IMG/VR virus record: IMGVR_UViG_3300029848_000008
Reading direction: 5' to 3' (one strand)
From: a virus
DNA: 59,375 nucleotides
Made by a program: the position numbers and the translations under genes. The notes beneath the pieces were generated by a model. It was not told the origin of the DNA and did no database searches. It worked only from the letters and a program-made list of their open reading frames with translations. The first letter of the stretch is position 1; every line of letters begins with the position of its first letter. Of the stretch, positions 25,469 through 34,121 are shown piece after piece.

Positions 25469-27211
25469 TCATTCGAACGCCTCCCGGTTCAGCTTGTACG
25501 CCACATAAGCGTCCAGCATGGCTGCCACGGCGTCAATCTTCTGGTCATACCGTTTTTTCATCAGCTTCCGGTTGCCATTGGTGTCCTCCATGGCGATGCA
25601 GTTGCCCATGGCGTAGCTCATCAGTTCTTCGTCGAACAGGAGCTTCCGGTCTTCGGACAGCTTCTTCAGCTCTCCCAGCGGAACGGATTCTGTCTTGGCC
25701 CCCTGAATCACTTTCTCAATACCGAAGGGGCCGTTTTCGTTTTGCCACCGTTCCACAAACTCCCGGGCATTGTACGGATCATACCCCAGGGAACGCACGT
25801 CGTAGCCGCAGTCGGTAATGTGCTGATCCAGGTCGTCGTATACCTGCATCATGTCCAGAACGGAGCCGTCCATCACCACCAGGCTTCCTTCCTGCAGAAA
25901 GGTTTCGTATTTCACCCGCATGGCGGCGGGCAGCCGGTCTAAGGTTCGGGAGGTAATGTAGTCCCGGGTCTTTACCCCGAAAGCGCCGCGGGCCATGGGG
26001 AACAGAAACGTGAAGGCGCAGAAGTCGTCGCCCTGAGAAAGGTCGGCTCCCAGGCTGCACGGCATTTGCCAGTAATCGCGGCGGCGATGGGGGAGTGTCT
26101 CTTCGTAGGTGAAGTAATACGTATACCCCTCCATGGGAATGCCGAAGCGCTTGGCCAGAATGTCGTTGCGGTTCGCCGGAGCAATTTCCATCTTGTCCAC
26201 GTCCCGCTGGTAGGTTTCGTAGGTGACGGTCTTTCCCAGATTGGGGTTGGCCTTCAGCCACATTTCGGGCCGGGCCACCTCGTCGATGGAGTCCAGCTTG
26301 TACCACCAGATGGACACATAGGGCATGGGGGTTTCGCCCTTCAGGATGGAAGCCAGCTCCATTTTGATCGTGTCGCCCGGTCCATTGCGTACCGTGCCCT
26401 CGGAGCTGATGGCTACGATGATGTAGTCCTCCAGCTTGGACGCGCCCTGCTCCACCGCGCCGATGATGTCCTCCCGGATGTCGCCGGAAAGCCATTCGTC
26501 GATGGTGGCCACCTTGGCCTGAAGCCCCTGCAGCTTGCTCACGCTCCATGGCCGTATCTCCAGAATGGAACCGGTCATGAAGTTCTCGATGCCCTTTTTC
26601 GTGCTGGCCAGCTTGGTCCGGTTGGCCTTGGAGCCGGTGGTGTTCTGAAGGGAGCCTTCCGTCAGAAATTTGAACAGCGGCCCCCGCGCCCGGGTAATCG
26701 CCGTTCGGATGGGGGAAAGCACCTCTTCCGCCTGCTTCATCGTGGGGGCGGTCGTGATCTGGTGGGTGGTGCTGGTGTCTACGTTCAGGAAGTAGTTTTG
26801 CAGGCAGCTGGCATACATGGATTTGGCCGCCCCTCGGGCGACGATCAGAATCTGTTTGTTGGTCAGCCGCCGCTTGATACGCTTGCGAACGTAATGCCCG
26901 CCATGACCGTCCGGGTTTGGCTCATACACGGTTCGCTCAACGAAATAAAACCAGGCCAGCAGGTCTTCCGCCCACAGCTTGAAGCTGTCCAGCAGCTTCA
27001 GGTCCGCCCCGTCCGTCAGGGTCAGCTCGTTTTCACAGTAGGCAATAAACCCGGCAATGGCCTGGTCGTCATAATAAAAATTCGGATTGGCGATCTTCTC
27101 GTCAACCCGGTGCATCTGCATTTCGATTTCTTTGTTGATAGGGATTTCCCCACGAAGAACCGAATCTCGAAATTCGCCGTAATAAATCGGCGTGGCAGTG
27201 TTGGATAGCAT
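25469..27211 (-). CDS. terL: Terminase large subunit
   Basis: 580 aa. IVARGAAKSMY Walker-like motif. Overall Terminase_1-like layout (ATPase N-terminus, nuclease C-terminus). An HNH gene lies nearby. Confidence 0.9.
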   Translation of the reverse strand: MLSNTATPIYYGEFRDSVLRGEIPINKEIEMQMHRVDEKIANPNFYYDDQAIAGFIAYCENELTLTDGADLKLLDSFKLWAEDLLAWFYFVERTVYEPNPDGHGGHYVRKRIKRRLTNKQILIVARGAAKSMYASCLQNYFLNVDTSTTHQITTAPTMKQAEEVLSPIRTAITRARGPLFKFLTEGSLQNTTGSKANRTKLASTKKGIENFMTGSILEIRPWSVSKLQGLQAKVATIDEWLSGDIREDIIGAVEQGASKLEDYIIVAISSEGTVRNGPGDTIKMELASILKGETPMPYVSIWWYKLDSIDEVARPEMWLKANPNLGKTVTYETYQRDVDKMEIAPANRNDILAKRFGIPMEGYTYYFTYEETLPHRRRDYWQMPCSLGADLSQGDDFCAFTFLFPMARGAFGVKTRDYITSRTLDRLPAAMRVKYETFLQEGSLVVMDGSVLDMMQVYDDLDQHITDCGYDVRSLGYDPYNAREFVERWQNENGPFGIEKVIQGAKTESVPLGELKKLSEDRKLLFDEELMSYAMGNCIAMEDTNGNRKLMKKRYDQKIDAVAAMLDAYVAYKLNREAFE

Positions 27212-27215
27212 GGTA

Positions 27216-27995
27216 TCAGTCCTTTATGCTGCCGTATTTTTTTTCCCGTTCTTTACGTTCTTGTTTGCTCTCAAAAAGAACAACACGTTCTCGATCAAAC
27301 AGTGTGTTCAACCAGTTTTCAGCATCTTGCTTATTAGCTGCGGCCGACCGATAACTCTCTTGGTTAGGCGCCCATTGGTTTCTTACCACATTTTGGTATT
27401 CCATATCCTTTTTGGCTCGATTAAGAATCGCGTTCAGTTCGGCATTACTATATTCACCTGGATTTTTCTTGGGGTCGATTTTTATTTCGGAGTTTTGATT
27501 CTTTTTTTTAGTTTGTTTATCGGCTTCGGATTCTTTTTTATCGCCATTGGCAATCTTATTAGCGAGTTTTTCTAAGCGACCAGCGACAATGGTTTGAATA
27601 AATTTTTTGGATTGGCTTTTAACAAATGATTCGGCCTTTTCCTGATTATTTTTCTTTTGCTTCTTGTTCTGCTCATTTTGGTTATTATTGCCTTGACCAT
27701 TCTGTTCCCCAAGCTCGTACTTTTTTAATTCAGCTTGGATTTGAGCAATATCTCGTTCCATCCGAAGACGCTTAAGTACTTGGCTAAGTTCCTCGTCGTT
27801 CATCTCGGAAACTTTCTTACCCCCGCTTTTTCCTGCTGGGGGCTTTCCGCCCTTTCCAGAGGAATCCGCTTCACCGCCGCCGATGCCATAACGCTTTTTC
27901 CCGGCAGCCGTAAGCGATCCATCTTTGTTCTGGAAACGGCGCACGCCCCACTTCATTCCATGAATGCCATGATGGGCCAATTCTTCGCTTTGCAT
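27216..27995 (-). CDS. Lys/Asn-rich protein with an N-terminal HHGIHGMKWGVRRF motif (function unknown)
   Basis: Start at MQSEELAHHGIHGMKWGVRRFQNKDGSLT behind an AAGGAGGG RBS. The centre is low-complexity K/N/Q/E. Confidence 0.6.
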   Translation of the reverse strand: MQSEELAHHGIHGMKWGVRRFQNKDGSLTAAGKKRYGIGGGEADSSGKGGKPPAGKSGGKKVSEMNDEELSQVLKRLRMERDIAQIQAELKKYELGEQNGQGNNNQNEQNKKQKKNNQEKAESFVKSQSKKFIQTIVAGRLEKLANKIANGDKKESEADKQTKKKNQNSEIKIDPKKNPGEYSNAELNAILNRAKKDMEYQNVVRNQWAPNQESYRSAAANKQDAENWLNTLFDRERVVLFESKQERKEREKKYGSIKD

Positions 27996-27996
27996 A

Positions 27997-28350
27997 TCAT
28001 CCCTCCTTACTTTTCTCTTCATCCGCCAGTATGGAAATGCGCCACTCGTACTCGTCGGCCTGCTTTTTCATGCTGTCGGCAACCGTGCCGATGGTCGGCG
28101 GGTCAAAGACCAGCTTGGTTCGCAGGTACATCCACGTCTGCACAATCTGCCATTTGGGGTCGTCCCCCAGCAGGTCGCGCCATGCGGTGGAACCGTCCGC
28201 CACACTCATGCCTTCCGCCGGGCCAACGCCAAGCTGGGTCAGCACCGCAAGCAGGGCGTTGATGTGAATCAGCAGATCGGTTTCAAACGCCGGGTCGTCG
28301 GACATGCCGCCCAGCAGCTTCCGAATGGAAAATAGAATACTTGCGCCCAT
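27997..28350 (-). CDS. Conserved phage protein, unknown function
   Basis: 117 aa. Motifs LLIHINALLAVLTQLGVGPAEG...KLVFDPP...EYEWR. Confidence 0.55.
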   Translation of the reverse strand: MGASILFSIRKLLGGMSDDPAFETDLLIHINALLAVLTQLGVGPAEGMSVADGSTAWRDLLGDDPKWQIVQTWMYLRTKLVFDPPTIGTVADSMKKQADEYEWRISILADEEKSKEG

Positions 28351-28362
28351 GTGCTTCCTCCT

Positions 28363-28806
28363 TTAGTGCCTCCATGGGCACATGTCGTTTTGGCTGCGGA
28401 CGACTGGTCCCTTCGGCAGCAGGGATTCGTCTCCGTAATGAATGGCGTTGTGGGTGGTCATTCGGGTGCACACCACGTTTTCCGGGTCCAGGATGCAGCG
28501 CCGGTGCTCCAGAATATCTTCTTTGCTCAGCGGGTTCAGGTGGTGGATGAGAATCTTGCTCCACCGCCTGTCCTTGCAGCTGGCCGGGTAAATTTCGTGC
28601 CCCGGCATGGCGAGGTCGCAGCCTTCATCCCGCACGATGATCTCGTTCCGAAAATGCCGCCATTCCTCCGACTGGTAAAACATCTGGTTCAGGTATCGGT
28701 CATAGCCGAAGGTCGTGTCTCCGATTTTTCCGTCCAGCCGCAAATATCGGAATCGCTCTTCAAACGTCGGCAGCTGAATCAGCTCGGAATAGGTTCGGTA
28801 AATCAT
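28363..28806 (-). CDS. HNH endonuclease (packaging-associated)
   Basis: ILIHHLNPLSKEDI...THNAIHYGD (H-N-H). Classic position next to the terminase genes in cos phages. Confidence 0.8.
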   Translation of the reverse strand: MIYRTYSELIQLPTFEERFRYLRLDGKIGDTTFGYDRYLNQMFYQSEEWRHFRNEIIVRDEGCDLAMPGHEIYPASCKDRRWSKILIHHLNPLSKEDILEHRRCILDPENVVCTRMTTHNAIHYGDESLLPKGPVVRSQNDMCPWRH

Positions 28807-29141
28807 TCGCCCTCCTGCCTGCCGCTGCCGGTATAGGTGCGCATGGCCTGCAGCGCGTTCGCATACAGCTCCTTGATCTCCTGAACCGATTCCAGATTCT
28901 GCGTTTTGGCCTTGATGAGCTTCGCCTGCTCCCGGAGAATATCCCGTTCCATCTTTTCCCGGGTGGACGCCAGCTTCAGAAAGTGCGTAACCTCCTGCGA
29001 ACTGGCCGTGCCCTCCAGAAGCCGCTTCTCCACCAGGTCAACCGCCAGCCCGATCAGCTGCTGCTCCCGTGCTTCCGGCGTAAGCGCCGGTCTGATTCTT
29101 TTCCCGGAGCCAGAAGAGCTACCGGTTCGTACTTTTGGCAC
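28803..29141 (-). CDS. Small basic coiled-coil protein, possible small terminase/packaging DNA-binding protein
   Basis: GTG start behind a GAGGAGG RBS. It is the first gene after the large non-coding region. Positional call. Confidence 0.35.
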   Translation of the reverse strand: MPKVRTGSSSGSGKRIRPALTPEAREQQLIGLAVDLVEKRLLEGTASSQEVTHFLKLASTREKMERDILREQAKLIKAKTQNLESVQEIKELYANALQAMRTYTGSGRQEGE

Positions 29142-29205
29142 CTTTTCTGCCTCCTCTCAGTTTGTTTCAGTAAAGAATACAGCTGTATCCTTATTGTTTT
29201 TCTAG

Positions 29206-29330
29206 GGTACTTGAAGGAACCTACAGAGCTTTGTTGGCGGTAAGCGATCCGATGAAAGGAGAAACCAATATGGCAGGAGGTTTCATATGAAAGAAAGGAG
29301 AGAAACACTCTGTAGGCTCGTTCAAATACC
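29206..29330. repeat. 23-nt imperfect inverted repeat pair in the non-coding region upstream of the packaging genes
   Basis: GGTACTTGAAGGAACCTACAGAG (29206-28) versus the reverse complement of 29308-30, GGTATTTGAACGAGCCTACAGAG. 20 of 23 match. Confidence 0.8.
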
Positions 29331-29539
29331 CCGGCAAAAAGTAAAAACACCTCCAAAAACCTACCCCCGGAGAATTTTCAAGGAGGCGCGCGATGCAGGA
29401 GGGGGAGTGTTTTTGGCGGACCCCCCTCCTATATGGGAAGGGGAAAGCGCCGTGCATGCAGAAGAAACCCGCGCTGCAGGGCCGGAAAACACGCAGCCTT
29501 GCGGCGATGCAGCGCAAAAGAAAGCCAGAAAGACGAGCA

Positions 29540-29788
29540 TCAGTCGTCTGGGAGATCACGCTGGACCTTGATGTAGAGGCCAGTGGGATCGTGGGCTATG
29601 ATGTCGTCAATGGCTCGCTCAATTTCAGCCTCGTTTTCCTGATCTGTCAGGGAATCGGAAGTGTGAGCGAAGCGGTCGAGGCGCTCACAGGAGAAATAGT
29701 GATGCTCCTGATCGAACGCCCACCACGAATTGAATTGCAGAAAGGGATCAAAGGGATTGTCCCGAGTAGAAAGCGCACATTTTGCCAT
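29540..29788 (-). CDS. Small acidic conserved phage protein
   Basis: 82 aa. DNPFDPFLQFNSWWAFDQEHHYFSCERLDRFA. Confidence 0.55.
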   Translation of the reverse strand: MAKCALSTRDNPFDPFLQFNSWWAFDQEHHYFSCERLDRFAHTSDSLTDQENEAEIERAIDDIIAHDPTGLYIKVQRDLPDD

Positions 29789-29801
29789 ATATTCACCACC
29801 T

Positions 29802-32495
29802 TCATTCTACGCCGCGAGCGTAGTTGGAAACGGTAGAGGTAGAAAGATTCAGCGCGTCGGCGATCTGCGAATAGGTGTAGCCGGAGGCGAGCATGGAGTC
29901 GATGCGGGCCTGCTTGGCAGTCGTTACATTGGCCCGTGTCTTGGGCAAGGCACGCTGGATGACCTCATTATCCTTGCAGTAGCGCAGAATAGCGGTCAGC
30001 TTGGTAGGGCTGATGGCACGGGCCTGAATGGCCTCCCATTCCCGGTCGGTGATCGTGATGCGGGTGTCCTTGCCGTTGGCTCCAACCTGCGCCCTGGCGT
30101 CGTATATGGCCTGATCCCGCAGCTTTCGCAGGGCCTTCTTATCCATGCCGGGGTTGTCGTCCTGCTGGGCCTTGATACGGGAGTTTGCGATAGCCTGGGC
30201 CCGGCGCTCACGGGGCGCGTTCTTCATGGCGATCTGCAGCTTGGCCTCCAGGGTGTCCACTTCCGCCCGGTAGGTCTCCCTGGAGCTGGAAAGGGCGGGT
30301 GGCTCTTTGGTAGCCAGGTACTCCTTCCGCGCCCTGTTTGCCAGTGCCTTCATCCGGTTCGCATAATCTGCGTACAGCTCCTCCTGCGGGGTGCCAGACG
30401 ACAAGCTGTGCACGTCCTTGGTGACGGACATGAGAGAAACCTTATCCATGACAGGAACCCACTCGCCGGTCTTGTCGTCTTTGTACTTGCGGCCGGAGGT
30501 CTTGTAGACCATCTCGCCGGTGACGGGGTCGATTCGCCCACTGCCCTTCCGCTCAGCTACCTCAACGGTCTGCTTCTTACGGCTTAAAAGAGTGGAAGCC
30601 CCACCCTCCTTGATCTCGCCGGTCTCCGGGTCCACCCGGCGCTGGTACCGGCTGCGCAGCTCCTGAATACCGTTGTCCTTCTCAGACTGCTTATAGTCCA
30701 GATGATGCTTGGCCGCGTCGATGACCACCATGGAGTGGCGCACAGCCCGGGCGATGTCGTCCTCAGAGGCGCCCTGCAGGGTCATGTCCGTGATGAGGTT
30801 AGAGACCATACCCATCTGCTTCTGGGTCATGGCCTTAGTCATAACCTTCATACCCGGGCGCTCTGCGTATTGAGTCTTGGGGTCAAAGCCTTCCAGCCCC
30901 TTCAGGGGACGGGTGGACTTAATCTGCACCCGATCGCTCAGTGGAATGACGGTGACGGTATCGCCGTCGAAGTCCGCGCCACTTAGCCGCTCGGCCACCT
31001 TTGCATTGATTCCTACCGCATCGGCCACGTTACCCAACAGGCTTTTGCCCGAAGGATTCTTGTTATTGACCGTCAGCACGGGGATCTCAAAGGTGCCGCC
31101 GTGAGGATAGCGGACCAGTGCCACCTGCTCTCCGTTGCGGTAATTGGGGGCGTAGATCTCCGTGTCGCTGATGCCGTCCAGCGGCAGAATGACCTGCGTG
31201 GACTGCCTGGGCAGCGCCGCCGCTTTCAAATGGACGGTGGCTCCGTCGCACTGTTTGGCAAAGTCCATCAGCATCTTTTTTTTGATGGTAGGATTGGTGT
31301 AGGAGCAGATCTCGTCGAACTGCGCCACTGCGTCGTCATAGGTCAGGTCCAGCTGACTCTTGATGAGCTTCAGCGGCTGCTTGCCAAGAAACTGCGAGGA
31401 CAGGGTGCGGCCCATGGTATCCCAGTCACCCTCCTCCTTCAGCTTGTTGATGGCGGAGAGGTGCTGCTTGCCGTCCTTATCAGTGTAGTAACTTTGTCCC
31501 TCGGCCTTGATGTATGCGCCGAAGGGGTTAGTGGGATCGTCGTGTTTGATCTCCTTGAGCACGTCCATCTTGTCGGTGCCGGATTTCTTATTGGTATTGA
31601 AGACGATGTCCTTGCCCTCGGGGATGTTGTCAGAATACATAGCCATGCCCTTGAGGTAGTGGTCGCCGTCCACCAGAATGCGCACCTGCGCGTAGTGAGC
31701 ATTGCCCAAGTCCAGATCGGCCACGCCCCGGCGAATCTCAATCACACCGTCCTTGCTAATGCCGCCCTGATCGCCATAGCGGATGTCCACCCGGCTGGAG
31801 TCGATGCTGGCCGGGTACTGCCGCTCACGGTAGGTGAAGCCGCCGTCGTCGGAGTGATAATCCATGACGGACTGAATCTCGCCCACCTTCTGGTAAATAT
31901 CCTTCTCCGGGATCTCGGGGCGGGTGAGGACAATGGTGTTGGACTGCTTGCCCGGATTGGTCACCTGGGGAATGCCGCCGCCGTAAACGTTGTAACCCTC
32001 GTTTTCCAGGATCATCAGCGCTTCCCGCAGCTTTGACTTGGAAATGCCCAGCTCAGTTTCCACGCCAGCGCCCACGTCGATCATGCTCTTAGATTCCAAC
32101 TGGCGGCGTAGAATATCCGCAGTGGCCTGGGCCTGATTTTTCCGCTCAGCTACCGCGCTGTTCTCCAGCGCCCGAATGGAGGACTCGTTCCTGCCCATCT
32201 GCCGGGCGATTTCCGCAGTGGTCAGGCCGTCGGCCCGCAGGCTCTTAATACGGTCGATCTCCAGATTGCGCCGCTCATGCTTGGCGGCGGTGACGTAGCG
32301 GCGAAGCTCGGTAGTGGAAATATTCATCTCCCGAGCCACATCCTTTTCAGAATATCCATTACCCTGAAGGCTCTCCACCCGGCTTAGGAAGTCCCCGCTT
32401 CGCTGGAAGGGCTTGTCGCCCGAGCCCCAGGGATAGCGGCCGGAACGCCGCTTGATGCCGTAGTGCATTAGAATATCATCGTTCACGCGGCCCAT
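29802..32495 (-). CDS. Candidate single-subunit two-barrel RNA polymerase (YonO/RdRP/beta-prime-like DFDGD centre) with HTH modules
   Basis: VALVRYPHGG...VAERLSGADFDGDTVTVIPL (DFDGD encoded at 30960..30974). HTH-like segments GLTTAEIARQMGRNESSIRALE and GYTYSQIADALNLSTSTVSNYARG. ATG at 32495 behind a GGGAGG RBS. Confidence 0.5.
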   Translation of the reverse strand: MGRVNDDILMHYGIKRRSGRYPWGSGDKPFQRSGDFLSRVESLQGNGYSEKDVAREMNISTTELRRYVTAAKHERRNLEIDRIKSLRADGLTTAEIARQMGRNESSIRALENSAVAERKNQAQATADILRRQLESKSMIDVGAGVETELGISKSKLREALMILENEGYNVYGGGIPQVTNPGKQSNTIVLTRPEIPEKDIYQKVGEIQSVMDYHSDDGGFTYRERQYPASIDSSRVDIRYGDQGGISKDGVIEIRRGVADLDLGNAHYAQVRILVDGDHYLKGMAMYSDNIPEGKDIVFNTNKKSGTDKMDVLKEIKHDDPTNPFGAYIKAEGQSYYTDKDGKQHLSAINKLKEEGDWDTMGRTLSSQFLGKQPLKLIKSQLDLTYDDAVAQFDEICSYTNPTIKKKMLMDFAKQCDGATVHLKAAALPRQSTQVILPLDGISDTEIYAPNYRNGEQVALVRYPHGGTFEIPVLTVNNKNPSGKSLLGNVADAVGINAKVAERLSGADFDGDTVTVIPLSDRVQIKSTRPLKGLEGFDPKTQYAERPGMKVMTKAMTQKQMGMVSNLITDMTLQGASEDDIARAVRHSMVVIDAAKHHLDYKQSEKDNGIQELRSRYQRRVDPETGEIKEGGASTLLSRKKQTVEVAERKGSGRIDPVTGEMVYKTSGRKYKDDKTGEWVPVMDKVSLMSVTKDVHSLSSGTPQEELYADYANRMKALANRARKEYLATKEPPALSSSRETYRAEVDTLEAKLQIAMKNAPRERRAQAIANSRIKAQQDDNPGMDKKALRKLRDQAIYDARAQVGANGKDTRITITDREWEAIQARAISPTKLTAILRYCKDNEVIQRALPKTRANVTTAKQARIDSMLASGYTYSQIADALNLSTSTVSNYARGVE

Positions 32496-32496
32496 C

Positions 32497-33057
32497 TCAG
32501 GCAACCTCCCTTCGTTTCATGGCCCGGATAATCTCGTCCGCCCGGACGATCCGCTCCATAATGGCGGAAATATCATTTGGATCGGGCTTGTCGTAAAGCA
32601 CCTCGTCGTTCTGATAGATGCGCAGCTCCATGGGAATATCCACGGGCTTGCGACGGTATTCCAGGCAGAAGAGCGCGGCGTAGATGCGCAGCTGCTCCAT
32701 GTGCGCCGGGACTGTTCCAGTCTTCAGATCATGGATGCGGAGAAAATCATTGCGAAAGCTGATGGCGTCCGCGGTGCCGAAGCAGTTTTCGGAATAATAT
32801 AAAACCTGCTCCGGCGTCATCTTGAATCCGATGGCGTCATTGACGTACATGTTCAGTGTCTTGGCGCTTTTCTGCAGCTTGATGCCGTGGCGGATAGCCT
32901 GTGCAGCGAAGGCATGAAGCTCCGTGCCCCGCTGCACCGCCAGAAAGTTCTGATAGCTTTCCGCCAGCTTGTCGTCTGTGTAGTTGATCCAGTGGTATTT
33001 GCTGGCTCCCAGAAAGGCGTGCTGCCCTTCAAGGTCCAAATGTCTGTTGAAGTCCAT
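32497..33057 (-). CDS. PD-(D/E)XK nuclease superfamily protein
   Basis: GTADAISFRNDFLRIHDLKTG (D...D-L-K). GAGGAGGAGG RBS. Confidence 0.6.
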   Translation of the reverse strand: MDFNRHLDLEGQHAFLGASKYHWINYTDDKLAESYQNFLAVQRGTELHAFAAQAIRHGIKLQKSAKTLNMYVNDAIGFKMTPEQVLYYSENCFGTADAISFRNDFLRIHDLKTGTVPAHMEQLRIYAALFCLEYRRKPVDIPMELRIYQNDEVLYDKPDPNDISAIMERIVRADEIIRAMKRREVA

Positions 33058-33319
33058 GGAGTACCTCCTCCTCGTTTTCCGGATAGATGAATGCGGCGAA
33101 GGACATCTGGTTCATTTTCTCCACGTAATACTGCTGATTGGGGCGGTGCGGGCTGATGGGGGATTGCTTTCCCTCCAGCGCGGCCCAACGGTTCTGGTAC
33201 AGAACCACCAGATCGGGAATGCCCTGAGTTTCGTTGGGGTTGGGATGTAAAATCACGCAGCCCGGAAACAGGTCCCGCAGCTTCCGGCACAGCCGGGTCT
33301 TGAAGCGGTTTTCCAGCAT
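33029..33319 (-). CDS. VRR-NUC domain nuclease
   Basis: GIPDLVVLYQNRWAALEGK (P-D...E-x-K), ~96 aa. Confidence 0.65.
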   Translation of the reverse strand: MLENRFKTRLCRKLRDLFPGCVILHPNPNETQGIPDLVVLYQNRWAALEGKQSPISPHRPNQQYYVEKMNQMSFAAFIYPENEEEVLHGLQQTFGP

Positions 33320-33378
33320 TCGCAGCGCCTCCTTTCAGACCAAATAGAAAAGAGAAGGGGGACAAAGGTCTCCTTCTC

Positions 33379-33406
33379 TTCATAAAAGGGGCTGTTTTTT
33401 TCGCGG
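33379..33406 (-). promoter_or_regulatory. Early-region motif copy 1
   Basis: Minus strand reads CCGCGAAAAAAACAGCCCCTTTTATGAA. Lies ~60 nt upstream of the VRR-NUC start. Confidence 0.5.
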
Positions 33407-33459
33407 ATGAAAAAACAGGGGCTGAAAAATATCAGACCCTGTCGCCAGTTCAGTGGTTT

Positions 33460-33759
33460 TCAGTAAACGTCGTCGTAATCGTCGCCCCAGACGGAGCCGG
33501 TATTTTTGTAAGACGAAATGCCGGAAGCCCAGCTCAGATACTCGGTGGGGCCGAAGACGAAATGGCACTGGTGGCAGAAATAGCACACACCGTCGGAGTC
33601 AGTGACGGTGCCCTTGCCGCCGCAGCGGGGACAGTCGCCCTTCACAAAGGTCTTGGCAAATTCCGCCATGTGTTTCTCGTCAGCCTCTTCGGCTTCGTAG
33701 TCTGTATCGTCATCAGGATCGTAAATATCACTGTAGTCATCATCGTCATACCAGCTCAT
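33460..33759 (-). CDS. Highly acidic zinc-ribbon protein
   Basis: D/E/Y-rich termini (MSWYDDDDYSDIYDPDDDTDYEAEE...GDDYDDVY) flank CPRCGG...CYFCHQC. Confidence 0.6.
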   Translation of the reverse strand: MSWYDDDDYSDIYDPDDDTDYEAEEADEKHMAEFAKTFVKGDCPRCGGKGTVTDSDGVCYFCHQCHFVFGPTEYLSWASGISSYKNTGSVWGDDYDDVY

Positions 33760-33803
33760 AGGGAGACCTCCTGTTTTGGCAGATTTCGAATGCTCGGGTC
33801 TTT

Positions 33804-33832
33804 ATCATAGCACCAGTTCATTCGTTCCGCAA
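33804..33832 (-). promoter_or_regulatory. Sigma70-like promoter
   Basis: Minus strand reads TTGCGG, 17-nt spacer, TG-c-TATGAT. Lies upstream of 33759. Confidence 0.45.
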
Positions 33833-33852
33833 GACAGGACGGCGGCTCCGGC

Positions 33853-34065
33853 CTAATTCGAAGGCTTCTGCTTCGCCAGCGAGGTCAGAATGTTTTTCCA
33901 AAGCTCCCGCCGGTCCTTGCACTCCTTCTCCCGCTGCCCCCGCAGGGTGACGGCCCCGAAGGAAATACTGCCCGCAATGGCGAACAGTCCGGACGCAATC
34001 ATCAGGGTCATGTTCTGGCGAACAATGGCCACGATGAAGGCCGCTAACGAGAATATCCAGCCCAT
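33853..34065 (-). CDS. Small 2-TM membrane protein
   Basis: Start at MGWIFSLAAFIVAIV behind an AAAGGAGAG RBS. Second hydrophobic helix LMIASGLFAIAGSISFGAV. Confidence 0.55.
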   Translation of the reverse strand: MGWIFSLAAFIVAIVRQNMTLMIASGLFAIAGSISFGAVTLRGQREKECKDRRELWKNILTSLAKQKPSN

Positions 34066-34121
34066 CTTTTTTTTCTCTCCTTTGCTGCGATTTTCGGGGG
34101 TAAAAGGGCCTGTGGCCAAAA

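Noticed and set aside
29300-29335. tRNA-like T-arm (ggctcgttcaaatacc)
   Set aside because: The flanking bases cannot form a 5-bp T stem or an acceptor stem. The segment is one arm of the 23-nt inverted repeat. I found no tRNA or rRNA genes anywhere in the window.
32853-33383. 176-aa minus-strand ORF overlapping the VRR-NUC and PD-(D/E)XK genes
   Set aside because: It is an alternative frame of two motif-bearing genes, with a P/G/R-rich product. Its ATG is simply part of the TATGAA motif.
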